Below, one piece after another: positions 47,180-55,031 of a stretch of DNA of 64,000 bases. The position numbers and the translations under genes are program-made. The first letter of the stretch is position 1; every line of letters starts with the position of its first letter. The notes beneath the pieces are model-generated. The model ran no database searches. It saw nothing but the letters and a program-made list of their open reading frames with translations, and was not told the origin of the DNA. Origin of the DNA: a virus. The stretch lies in IMG/VR virus record IMGVR_UViG_3300021962_000032. One strand, written 5' to 3'.

Positions 47180-47722
47180 TCAAGCAAGGGTCACGGTAAC
47201 AGTTCCACCCCTTCTCCATGCAATTGGATATTTATTATCGTAGTCATATACAACAGTCCAATAATTACTGCTAACTGGTAAAGCACCAGCATCTCTCAAC
47301 TGAGCCCAAGTTGCAGCAGCACTATTATTAGATATTCCAGAAAGAATATTTTGAGCAGTTCCATTTCCTTGATCATACCAAAGATCAAAAGAATATCCCG
47401 TTGATGGATGAGAACTAGTATTTTGTGATCTCCAAGAAAGGTACTCACATAAAGTTGCGTTAGTAAACGGTGATATAATTCCTGCCTTTGTTCCCACAAA
47501 AGCAGTTCCACTCTCGTAAGTAGGAACCCAACCACTTCCTGGACCTATAACAACATTACCATTAGCAATATCTCTTGTTAATACTTGGGTTATGGTTTTT
47601 CCTTGTATAGTATCCAAAGATCCAACAGGACCAGTTCCTAATATTCCAGTAAAAGTCATTTCAACTCGGAACAATGTACCTATTGCACCAGATCCACCAA
47701 ATGTAAAGGTTGCGGTAGCCAT
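47180..47722 (-). CDS. Hypothetical beta-rich protein, possibly structural
   Basis: Gly/Thr-rich; late-promoter-like ATAAATA upstream. Confidence 0.6.
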   Translation of the reverse strand: MATATFTFGGSGAIGTLFRVEMTFTGILGTGPVGSLDTIQGKTITQVLTRDIANGNVVIGPGSGWVPTYESGTAFVGTKAGIISPFTNATLCEYLSWRSQNTSSHPSTGYSFDLWYDQGNGTAQNILSGISNNSAAATWAQLRDAGALPVSSNYWTVVYDYDNKYPIAWRRGGTVTVTLA

Positions 47723-47756
47723 TTTATTATTAAGTAATTACTTTTGTTTTATTTAT

Positions 47757-48788
47757 TTATCTAACGTGATGTCCCCCAAACATATACCTCATACCGTTTA
47801 AAACCTTGGCAGCGAAAGTACCCAGATTGCGACTATTAAATCTTTCATAAAGCGCAGTGGTAATGACAGGAGCGGGAACCCCCAGATCCACAGCAGCATT
47901 AACCGTCCACCGACCCTCACCGCTGTCGGATACCCCTCCAGAGAACTTAGAAAGTCCCTTGTCACTCCGTAGCACAGCAGCAGTAAGATCGAGTAACCAA
48001 CTGCCAACCACACTACCACGACGCCATAACTCAGCAACCTCAGAAACGTCAATATCATAGCAATAACTTTCTGGATCTGCCATTGGAGCAACTTCTGCAT
48101 CTCCCTCTCTGACATATTGTGCTCCGTTGTTGGCATTCTTGATGATGTTGAATCCTTCGGCATATGCCTGCATAATACCATATTCAATACCATTATGCAC
48201 CATCTTCACAAAATGTCCTGCTCCTGGACCACCACAATGCAACCAACCATGCTCTGCAGATGTTATGTCCGTGTCATGCTCAGTCCTTGGGGCAGAGTTG
48301 ATTCCTGGGGCAAGGGCATTAAAAATGCGCGAACAAGTGGCGACTGCAGTATTTCCGCCCCCAACCATAAGACAGTATCCACGATCCAGACCGTAAACAC
48401 CCCCAGAAGTGCCACAATCAATATATTGGATACCCATCTTTGCCAGACGTTCTGCTCTTTTCCGACTGTCTTTAAAATTGCTATTGCCATGATCAATAAT
48501 AATATCTCCTTCACCACAATATCGTAGTAACTCATTGATTGTCTCCTCTACTGTTTCTGCTGGAACAACCATTTGAAAAATTCCTGGTTGTTCCATTCCC
48601 TTATTACTTTTAACTACTTTAACAAGATTTTCGATGCTTGTAGAAATTCCAGAAACATATCCTTTCTCATATGCCTCATTTGCTTTTTCATAATTTCTAC
48701 GATATCCCCAAACTTCGATACCTGCTTTCATCATACGACGGGACATTCCTTCTCCCATCCGACCCAATCCAATTAATCCTACTTTCAT
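47757..48788 (-). CDS. gnd: 6-phosphogluconate dehydrogenase
   Basis: GLIGLGRMG, IDCGTSGG, GHFVKMVHNGIEYG, DSGEGRW, MFGGH. Confidence 0.97.
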   Translation of the reverse strand: MKVGLIGLGRMGEGMSRRMMKAGIEVWGYRRNYEKANEAYEKGYVSGISTSIENLVKVVKSNKGMEQPGIFQMVVPAETVEETINELLRYCGEGDIIIDHGNSNFKDSRKRAERLAKMGIQYIDCGTSGGVYGLDRGYCLMVGGGNTAVATCSRIFNALAPGINSAPRTEHDTDITSAEHGWLHCGGPGAGHFVKMVHNGIEYGIMQAYAEGFNIIKNANNGAQYVREGDAEVAPMADPESYCYDIDVSEVAELWRRGSVVGSWLLDLTAAVLRSDKGLSKFSGGVSDSGEGRWTVNAAVDLGVPAPVITTALYERFNSRNLGTFAAKVLNGMRYMFGGHHVR

Positions 48789-48995
48789 CTAACCCTCCCA
48801 GGTTTCGTAAATATTTTTAAAATAAACATCAACTTTATTTAAATCATCTAAATGAATGTCACAAGTATAGTTATGATCATCGCACCACTGCAATGCAATC
48901 TCATGAAATTTTTGTTCTGCCATGACTTTTTCAACTCCATAGGTTCTTGCAAATGAAGACATTATAAAGTCCCAGCATTGCCGTTTACCTTTCAT
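48789..48995 (-). CDS. Hypothetical protein
   Basis: Packed ORF. Confidence 0.65.
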   Translation of the reverse strand: MKGKRQCWDFIMSSFARTYGVEKVMAEQKFHEIALQWCDDHNYTCDIHLDDLNKVDVYFKNIYETWEG

Positions 48996-49207
48996 TGATT
49001 TTCTATCTCTTTAAGATAATCAATCCACCATTGTGGATCTTTTTGCATTTTCCAATTTGGAACTTCTAATCCTCTCTCAAAATACCATTTCCAAATTGCC
49101 TCATCTATTATTTCAGAAACTTCAATCCGCTTCATCCTCTTCATCAACATCTCCATATGCGTTTTCCACATAGGGTCCGTGTGGTCGTTTGGCATCTTCT
49201 CTGACAT
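48992..49207 (-). CDS. Hypothetical protein
   Basis: Packed ORF; start uncertain. Confidence 0.55.
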   Translation of the reverse strand: MSEKMPNDHTDPMWKTHMEMLMKRMKRIEVSEIIDEAIWKWYFERGLEVPNWKMQKDPQWWIDYLKEIENQ

Positions 49208-49313
49208 AATTGACTTCGGATACGCTAGATGACAACCATAAAGACACTTTCATAATTATGTAGATAACTGCAAGAGGTAAGAAGCAGAGAGAAAGAATAA
49301 TTGCATGATTCAT
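49122..49313 (-). CDS. Small membrane protein
   Basis: N-terminal TM helix and acidic tail. Confidence 0.6.
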   Translation of the reverse strand: MNHAIILSLCFLPLAVIYIIMKVSLWLSSSVSEVNYVREDAKRPHGPYVENAYGDVDEEDEAD

Positions 49314-49510
49314 TCTTCAATCTCCCAACATTTTTCAAATTTATACCTTAGTTCATTGATTTTCATTTCTTCCATAAAGGTTAAAATGTGCTGATTGATT
49401 TCTCTTTCTTCTTGAGTAAAATCTAACCTATATTTATTTTTTAGAGAAATAATTCTAGCCATGTCATCAACAAAGCTAGTTGGCATATCTAAAAACTGCT
49501 CGTAGGTCAT
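49310..49510 (-). CDS. Hypothetical protein
   Basis: ATGA overlaps with neighbours. Confidence 0.65.
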   Translation of the reverse strand: MTYEQFLDMPTSFVDDMARIISLKNKYRLDFTQEEREINQHILTFMEEMKINELRYKFEKCWEIEE

Positions 49511-49758
49511 ATAAGTTTTTGTTCCTTTAGATATTGAAGAGTTTCTTTAAGGCCACCAATATGCTTATATCCAATTGCAACCTGAGGGAATGACGCATTC
49601 ATACCAAATTCAGATTCAAATTGCTTTTTATTAAAATCTTTTTGATATTTATATTCCAAATAAGAAATTTTAACACTATCCAAGAGCATTCTTGCTCTTT
49701 CGCATTCTTGACAATTATCTTTGGAATACAGCACTGCTTGCATTAAATTAGGTTCCAT
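49507..49758 (-). CDS. Glutaredoxin-like protein
   Basis: CQEC, FPQV, HIGG. Confidence 0.85.
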   Translation of the reverse strand: MEPNLMQAVLYSKDNCQECERARMLLDSVKISYLEYKYQKDFNKKQFESEFGMNASFPQVAIGYKHIGGLKETLQYLKEQKLI

Positions 49759-49760
49759 AC

Positions 49761-49895
49761 TTATTTGTGATTATATCTCTCAGGATGTTTCATACTATCT
49801 ATCATAAAATAAGTTAGTGGTGCAGTGATAAATCCACTAATAACAATCATAATATATGTGTGATTTGAAAGCCAATGTGCAAATACTTTAATCAT
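49761..49895 (-). CDS. Small membrane protein (44 aa)
   Basis: Read by hand: MIKVFAHWLSNHTYIMIVISGFITAPLTYFMIDSMKHPERYNHK. Confidence 0.45.
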   Translation of the reverse strand: MIKVFAHWLSNHTYIMIVISGFITAPLTYFMIDSMKHPERYNHK

Positions 49896-50118
49896 CTTTC
49901 GGAAAGTCGTTTTCTAAATCTTGTTGCCTTTTTGCCCATGTAGTTCCACCTTCTTGCCCTCTACATGGATTAACACAGGTATCATCCCCAAGATTATTGC
50001 AGACAAGACCCGCAAGGTCTAATTCATTTCCAGGTTTTCCAGTTGCCCAAACGTGCTTCCCGTTCAACCAAACAGCACCGCATTTAGGGCAACTTTTAGT
50101 GGTAAGTTCATTTTCCAT
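49888..50118 (-). CDS. Cys-rich conserved cyanophage protein
   Basis: CPKCGA.WLNG.H.W.TG...DLAGLVCN..CVNP. Confidence 0.75.
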   Translation of the reverse strand: MENELTTKSCPKCGAVWLNGKHVWATGKPGNELDLAGLVCNNLGDDTCVNPCRGQEGGTTWAKRQQDLENDFPKDD

Positions 50119-50359
50119 TGAATTCTTTCTCCCAATTTTTTTGAGGTAAATTTAAATCTCTTTGAAGTTTTCTTTGCATTCTTTTCATTTGAATCTTAAT
50201 GAAAAAGTACCTCAATTGAAGATCGAGATAAGTAAATAACTTTAAAGTTTCATCGACTCCAGCATATGCAATTAATATTCCCAGAATAATCAATAGAAAA
50301 TATAGACCTATAAAATTGTCGGGCATAAAAAACTCCCCAGTTAAGTGTTCATGTATCAA
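50108..50359 (-). CDS. Small membrane protein
   Basis: TM helix; IAYAG...YLDLQLR. Confidence 0.65.
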   Translation of the reverse strand: MIHEHLTGEFFMPDNFIGLYFLLIILGILIAYAGVDETLKLFTYLDLQLRYFFIKIQMKRMQRKLQRDLNLPQKNWEKEFNGK

Positions 50360-50640
50360 GTATCATCATCCAGTTCATCTTCATATGTAGATGGTTCTTC
50401 AAATAGTTCATCGAGTTTTTGCTTTTGAATTCTTTCTGAAAGTTCAGAATAATCTTCATCGGTAAATCTTACTACCATTAGCAAATCTCCTTTTTTAACT
50501 CCTTTCATTTCTGGATGATTTTTAACTTTAGGATTCTGTTGATATCCATGAAGTTCTCTCATAATAATAACGCCATGAATAAACATTGATAGTATAATCA
50601 GTAACAAAACAAGAAAGGGCAAGTAATAACGGAAATCCAT
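50356..50640 (-). CDS. DUF2973-like membrane protein
   Basis: TM helix; HPEM...GD.LMVVRF. Confidence 0.65.
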   Translation of the reverse strand: MDFRYYLPFLVLLLIILSMFIHGVIIMRELHGYQQNPKVKNHPEMKGVKKGDLLMVVRFTDEDYSELSERIQKQKLDELFEEPSTYEDELDDDT

Positions 50641-50645
50641 TATAC

Positions 50646-50795
50646 TTACCCAGAAATTCTATTTACGATACAAACTACGCCATGGGCATAGAAGAAAAGA
50701 AGAACAGATCCTATACAGGCACTTATCAAAGTTGCAGTTTTATTATGCTTATCAATAGCCTTATCAATAAGTTTTTGAACTTCTGATTCGTTCAT
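50646..50795 (-). CDS. Small membrane protein (49 aa)
   Basis: Read by hand: MNESEVQKLIDKAIDKHNKTATLISACIGSVLLFFYAHG... Confidence 0.55.
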   Translation of the reverse strand: MNESEVQKLIDKAIDKHNKTATLISACIGSVLLFFYAHGVVCIVNRISG

Positions 50796-50894
50796 TTAAA
50801 CACTCAATAAACGTCATTATAATAGTTATAAAATATTTGACTTCAAAAGTCAACTTTATGTGAATTTCAACAACATGATTAAGTAATTATTAAA

Positions 50895-50979
50895 CGGAGA
50901 GGGTGGGATTTGAACCCACGGATGCTTTCACATCGCTGGTTTTCAAGACCAGTGCCATAAACCACTCGACCACCTCTCC
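50895..50979 (-). tRNA. tRNA-Ser(UGA)
   Basis: GGAGAGG acceptor; anticodon loop CTTGAAA; long variable arm; GGTTCAAATCC. Confidence 0.95.
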
Positions 50980-50984
50980 AAGAT

Positions 50985-51236
50985 TTAACGGATTTCAAAA
51001 TCCAATTTACGAACTTTTCGTGCTTTTCTTGCTTCTTGGAATGCAAGATCCTGATCGGACAACAATCTTTGTTCTTTTTTTGAAGGTTTTGCACCATTGA
51101 TCATAACCACTTGTGTTAAATCAACAGCAGAAACTTTGTCATCACGAACTTCCATTTTATTGGAACATCCGCAAACCTGTATTTTTGGTGAACTTATTAT
51201 TTCCGTATTGCAGGACTTGCATCTAACAACTAACAT
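50985..51236 (-). CDS. Zn-binding hypothetical protein
   Basis: CKSC...CGCSN; RKVRKLDFEIR. Confidence 0.75.
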   Translation of the reverse strand: MLVVRCKSCNTEIISSPKIQVCGCSNKMEVRDDKVSAVDLTQVVMINGAKPSKKEQRLLSDQDLAFQEARKARKVRKLDFEIR

Positions 51237-51277
51237 TTTACTAATATCTTAACATTATATTCATATCTTATATATGA

Positions 51278-51349
51278 TGGGAAATGTCGGACTTGAACCA
51301 ACGACTTACTGCGTGTAAAGCAGTCACTCTACCACTGAGTTAATCTCCC
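51278..51349 (-). tRNA. tRNA-Val(UAC)
   Basis: Cloverleaf; CTGC-TTTACAC-GCAG. Confidence 0.93.
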
Positions 51350-51351
51350 GA

Positions 51352-51560
51352 ACAGTGGTGAGTGTCCACCACTTGCACCAGACACTTGATGCGATTTTCA
51401 CCGTGTTAGAGGACGGCAAATAAAAGGTTTCCAGTAGCCTTTCTTATCTCCCATAAGGAAGATGTAGGTATCGAACCTACAAAGGATAGTCCCTTAAGGA
51501 ACTACTGGGAATTCCACCCAGAACCAATATGAAAGAATCGAACATTTCCAACCCTTTCAA
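51352..51560 (-). ncRNA. Unassigned structured RNA (multibranch with T-loop hairpin and kissing hairpins)
   Basis: At least eight hairpins or long-range helices fill the spacer between two tRNAs; see findings. Confidence 0.65.
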
Positions 51561-51633
51561 CTGGGGCGGCAGGGATCGAACCTGCGACCTAGATGTTAAC
51601 AGCATCCCGCTACTACCGCTGAGCTACACCCCA
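51561..51633 (-). tRNA. tRNA-Asn(GUU)
   Basis: Cloverleaf; GATG-CTGTTAA-CATC. Confidence 0.95.
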
Positions 51634-51953
51634 TTATGTTGTTCATGATGTATTTCTCGATGGCAGTTAGCACATACGAGAATACATTTATCTGCTTCTG
51701 CCTTCTGCTTTTCAATGGCAACGGTGGTTCCAAGGTTTTTAGATTTTTTAGTTGTGGGATCGAGATGATGGAACTCTAAGGCAGAGATACATTTATCATA
51801 TCCACAACGTTCACACTTACCACCTTTATATTCTACTAAAAGAAGTTTGTTTTTCTTACGTCTTTTAATGACACTTGCTTTGTTTGCTTCTTTACGATCA
51901 GAATACGTTCTATTTTCTTTAGGCATTTGGCAGAAGTTTGATTGTTCTACCAT
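51624..51953 (-). CDS. HNH endonuclease (free-standing)
   Basis: GGKCERCGY...LEFHHLDP...KCILVCANCHREIH; TATAAATA at 51954-51961. Confidence 0.9.
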   Translation of the reverse strand: MVEQSNFCQMPKENRTYSDRKEANKASVIKRRKKNKLLLVEYKGGKCERCGYDKCISALEFHHLDPTTKKSKNLGTTVAIEKQKAEADKCILVCANCHREIHHEQHNGV

Positions 51954-51964
51954 TATTTATAAAA

Positions 51965-52170
51965 TGTGTGGGTGGTGAGATTCTGTCATACTCACAACTG
52001 GAAGGTCTCACTGACAACGTAATTATTCCAGCACTTTTAGGTTCCTTGGCATTGGATTCTGTAACTCTGGTCTCCCAGTTTTACAGCGGGCACCACCCCT
52101 ACCTTACTATACAATATCCAGTGCTTGACCACATAGATTTTTCTGTCACACCCTTTGGAAATCCGTCGAT
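51965..52170 (-). ncRNA. manA-like structured RNA motif
   Basis: GGGTGTGACAGAAAAATCTATGTGGTC start; GGGTGGTG/CACCACCC helix; CTGTAA..CTGG-GAGA-CCAG..TTACAG; tRNA-adjacent. Family assigned from memory. Confidence 0.6.
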
Positions 52171-52177
52171 CTCCAAG

Positions 52178-52249
52178 AGCGGGGTATCGGAATCGAACCG
52201 ACGACATCTAACTTGGAAGGATAGCGTTCTACCGCTGAACTAACCCCGC
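52178..52249 (-). tRNA. tRNA-Gly(UCC)
   Basis: Cloverleaf; anticodon loop CTTCCAA. Confidence 0.93.
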
Positions 52250-52250
52250 A

Positions 52251-52366
52251 AATAAGAAAAGCAGATGCATATTGTGAATTTAAAATCCACGGACTTCATA
52301 CTTTTCTCTTTTTCAAGTAGGTTTACTGTTGCTTACCCTTAAAACCCACTACAAAATGGATAAGCA
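52251..52366 (-). ncRNA. Unassigned pseudoknotted RNA preceding tRNA-Gly
   Basis: TGCTTATCC/GGGTAAGCA stem whose loop AGTGGGTTT pairs with downstream AAACCTACT; second long hairpin. Confidence 0.5.
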
Positions 52367-52373
52367 GAAGACA

Positions 52374-52402
52374 ATCATATCACACATTGATAAGATTGTC
52401 AA
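52374..52402 (-). promoter_or_regulatory. Sigma70 promoter inside the tRNA cluster
   Basis: TTGACA-N17-TATGAT. Confidence 0.7.
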
Positions 52403-52403
52403 G

Positions 52404-52476
52404 TGGAGAATAGGGGACTTGAACCCCTTACCTTGGCCTTGCAAAGACCCTGCTCTACCAAATGAGCTAATTCCCC
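52404..52476 (-). tRNA. tRNA-Ala(UGC)
   Basis: GGGGAAT acceptor with G3:U70; anticodon loop TTTGCAA. Confidence 0.95.
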
Positions 52477-52552
52477 TGGCGACTCAGGTTGGGGTCGAAC
52501 CAACGACCGACTGCTTAGAAGGCAGTTGCTCTATCCACTGAGCTACTGAGTC
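52477..52552 (-). tRNA. tRNA-Arg(UCU) with encoded CCA
   Basis: Cloverleaf; CTGC-CTTCTAA-GCAG. Confidence 0.95.
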
Positions 52553-52567
52553 ATTTGCCATGAGATA

Positions 52568-52596
52568 ATAATACCAGATTGTCCTGGTGCTGTCAA
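52568..52596 (-). promoter_or_regulatory. Sigma70 promoter of the tRNA operon
   Basis: TTGACA-N17-TATTAT. Confidence 0.7.
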
Positions 52597-53186
52597 GGGT
52601 CTTCGTTGACCCAAGGTGCTCTCAACCTCATTTCCCCACCAAGAAGATCTTGAGCATTGCTCCCGTCTGGTGGTTTCTCTGAGTATATAGGCTTGTTATC
52701 TGGAGGTTCTAATCCAAGTTTTTTAACTTCCTTATTATAATCAGATATTGCCATATCAACATCTCTCTTAACCTTATAATCAAGAAGTTCAGGAGTTTCT
52801 ATAATTTTTTTGTTGATCTGATATTTAATTTCATCAGTTACTGGGTTTTTTCTTACCCATTTTTTATTCAAAAGATCCTGACATGCGGCAAATAGTTTCC
52901 ATAAGATAACTTTATTTTCCAAAAACTTTGGGTTTTTAGTCAGTTCCACATCTACCGCATTTACAAATTCATCCAAAAATTTATAAAATTCTTCTTCATT
53001 AATTTTTTCAAACAGAGTATTTAATTTTGATCTCTCAACAAACCGATCAACCTCATAATAAAGTTGATACAATTCAGTTTCAGTTACTTGAACTCCATAT
53101 CTTTTTAACCAAAGAATAATACCATTCACAGCAGCAACTAATATTGCCGAAGCAGCACTTTGTTTTCCTAAAAGATTAATTCTCAT
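52593..53186 (-). CDS. Hypothetical protein
   Basis: Start revised to MRINLLG; C-terminal LGGEMRLRAPWV. Confidence 0.7.
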   Translation of the reverse strand: MRINLLGKQSAASAILVAAVNGIILWLKRYGVQVTETELYQLYYEVDRFVERSKLNTLFEKINEEEFYKFLDEFVNAVDVELTKNPKFLENKVILWKLFAACQDLLNKKWVRKNPVTDEIKYQINKKIIETPELLDYKVKRDVDMAISDYNKEVKKLGLEPPDNKPIYSEKPPDGSNAQDLLGGEMRLRAPWVNEDP

Positions 53187-53496
53187 TTTTCTTTTTGTAT
53201 TCCTCAAGTGCTTTATCAAGCACTCTCTTTATTCTATATTTAAGCAGATCAATATCTTTGACAATATAATCATTAATAAATTCAATATCCAAAGCTAACT
53301 GAAGTTCATCAAGGAAATTAAAAACTTTTTCTTCATCCAATCCAGGAACCCAAGCAATCAGAGCAATAGTTGTTCTTAAAATAACTCCAAGTTTTGCATA
53401 ATGTTTTATATCTCTTTGCTCCTTTCCAAATTTAAAATGAACGATATTAAATTTGGCAGTATCATCAAATATTTTTATCTTGTCCTTCCATCCCAT
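53176..53496 (-). CDS. Hypothetical protein
   Basis: Packed ORF. Confidence 0.7.
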   Translation of the reverse strand: MGWKDKIKIFDDTAKFNIVHFKFGKEQRDIKHYAKLGVILRTTIALIAWVPGLDEEKVFNFLDELQLALDIEFINDYIVKDIDLLKYRIKRVLDKALEEYKKKNEN

Positions 53497-53770
53497 TTAA
53501 ATAGTCCTCCAACGCATCGTCCAAAGCTTGTTTTGGGTCTGTCCTATTGATCACTGGCCTCATTTTTTTGCTATCAAAAGTTAAAGTTGGAGTTACTGAC
53601 CCGTCCGATTCCAATTTTAATTTTGCTCCGAACGGAGTTCCTTTTGGTTGAATATTCACTTGATTATGTGCTTCTAAAGTTATAGATCCACTTTCATCCT
53701 CGACTTTTAATAATTTAGTTTTTGCAAGTATATCTATAACTTCTTCTGGATTTTCTGGAAGATTTTCCAT
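53465..53770 (-). CDS. Hypothetical protein
   Basis: Packed ORF. Confidence 0.7.
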   Translation of the reverse strand: MENLPENPEEVIDILAKTKLLKVEDESGSITLEAHNQVNIQPKGTPFGAKLKLESDGSVTPTLTFDSKKMRPVINRTDPKQALDDALEDYLNGMEGQDKNI

Positions 53771-54214
53771 TTACTTTACTTTCATAAAATGAAAATGTCC
53801 TTCATATAAATCTTTTCCCCAAAGAAATCTACCATTTTTTATGTGATATCCACCATCTTTAGAATAATAATTTTCACCATCAAATTTTATAGAAGTCAAT
53901 ACATACATGTTTTTAGATGGAATTGTATGTTTTGATTCCGCAATCCAATATCCATTAGAAAAAATAAACTCAACATCAAATCCATCAATTGTAGCAATTA
54001 TCTTATTATCAAATTCCTTTAATTCTAAAACACTTTTTCTATATGGATTTTTAGGACTTTCTGTTGCATACCAACTCTTTGAAAAAATATCACCTTCTGG
54101 GGTTTCTTCAAATTGCACATATATGTGTGCCCATTGTTGGGGATGACTCAACGCTTGAATTCTATTGTGATATAAACCTAATAGTTTTTTCTTAAAATCA
54201 ATCAATTTAGACAT
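53771..54214 (-). CDS. cpeT: T-type phycobiliprotein lyase (CpeT/CpcT-like)
   Basis: G.Y.NR.QA.SHP..WAHI, PYR, SKD.GY....G..LWG. Confidence 0.75.
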   Translation of the reverse strand: MSKLIDFKKKLLGLYHNRIQALSHPQQWAHIYVQFEETPEGDIFSKSWYATESPKNPYRKSVLELKEFDNKIIATIDGFDVEFIFSNGYWIAESKHTIPSKNMYVLTSIKFDGENYYSKDGGYHIKNGRFLWGKDLYEGHFHFMKVK

Positions 54215-54242
54215 AAAAAAGGGGGGAGATTGCTCTCCCCCT
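54215..54242 (-). terminator. Rho-independent terminator
   Basis: GGGGAGA-GCAA-TCTCCCCCC followed by a T tract. Confidence 0.7.
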
Positions 54243-54247
54243 ATTTA

Positions 54248-54880
54248 TCAAACTTCAGTAAGGATTAGTTTTTTGGAATAACCATAAGCAAAATCAGTCC
54301 TTGCTCCATGATGACCCCAACGGATCCACTTACTTGCAAGACGCATGTAATGATGAATTGATCCACCAGGAGTTTTCATATAAGGCTCAATCATCTTCCA
54401 ATCACCTTCATGCAGCATATAGTCAAGTTGTGCATCCAGTGATGAAGGATTGGCACCAATACGAGCAGCATGTCTTCCAAGTCCATAGAAACGAGGAGCA
54501 TTGGTCCATTGGATAAGACCATACCCCCCACCACAGTTAGGATAGGAAGTTCGGGCACCACCTTCACAAATGTTAGGAATGAAGGTAGATTCCTGTCGAA
54601 TATTGCCCATAATGGTAGCTAGGGCGTTTTTGTCAGTGATTCCACGATCTTGAAGGAATTGTAATGTTTTGATTTCATTACTGTTACATCCTGTACAAAT
54701 TAACCTTTTCACTTTAGGTTTTTCGGGAGCAACCTCTTTGGTCGTTGTCTCCTGAATTTTGCTTTCTTCAATTGGTGGACTATATTGTGAAGTAGCAAAA
54801 CTCGGTGTTGGCAATGTTGCCGCTGATGTCGCAACCGCACCAAAAAGAGATACGGCTACACTTGTAAGGTTTTTACGCAT
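54248..54880 (-). CDS. Secreted phage tail-type lysozyme (Phage_lysozyme2-like)
   Basis: Signal peptide; ATIMGNIRQES, GGYGLIQWT..R, QLDYM..E. Confidence 0.8.
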   Translation of the reverse strand: MRKNLTSVAVSLFGAVATSAATLPTPSFATSQYSPPIEESKIQETTTKEVAPEKPKVKRLICTGCNSNEIKTLQFLQDRGITDKNALATIMGNIRQESTFIPNICEGGARTSYPNCGGGYGLIQWTNAPRFYGLGRHAARIGANPSSLDAQLDYMLHEGDWKMIEPYMKTPGGSIHHYMRLASKWIRWGHHGARTDFAYGYSKKLILTEV

Positions 54881-54889
54881 TTAGTTAAA

Positions 54890-54956
54890 TAGAACTCTAC
54901 ATCCGTATAGAAGGGGGGTACACCCTTTTCTCAAAGGGCACCTTCCACGGCTCTAA
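54890..54956 (-). promoter_or_regulatory. Structured 5' leader of the lysozyme gene
   Basis: Nested helices AGAGC/GTTCT, CCGT/ACGG, GGAAGG/CCTTCT, CCCTTT-GAGA-AAAGGG. Confidence 0.5.
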
Positions 54957-55031
54957 ATCAAATCAATGACTCATAATAAAAAACCTGCCTTTCGACAGGT
55001 GTACACATAATAAGTGATTATTTAGTATTTG

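Noticed and set aside
51455-51495. A seventh tRNA suggested by GGTTCGATACC
   Set aside because: No D-arm, anticodon arm or acceptor geometry; treated as part of the orphan structured RNA
50879-52541. Short ORFs over the tRNA cluster (50879, 50903, 51938, 52329)
   Set aside because: They overlap tRNAs or structured RNAs
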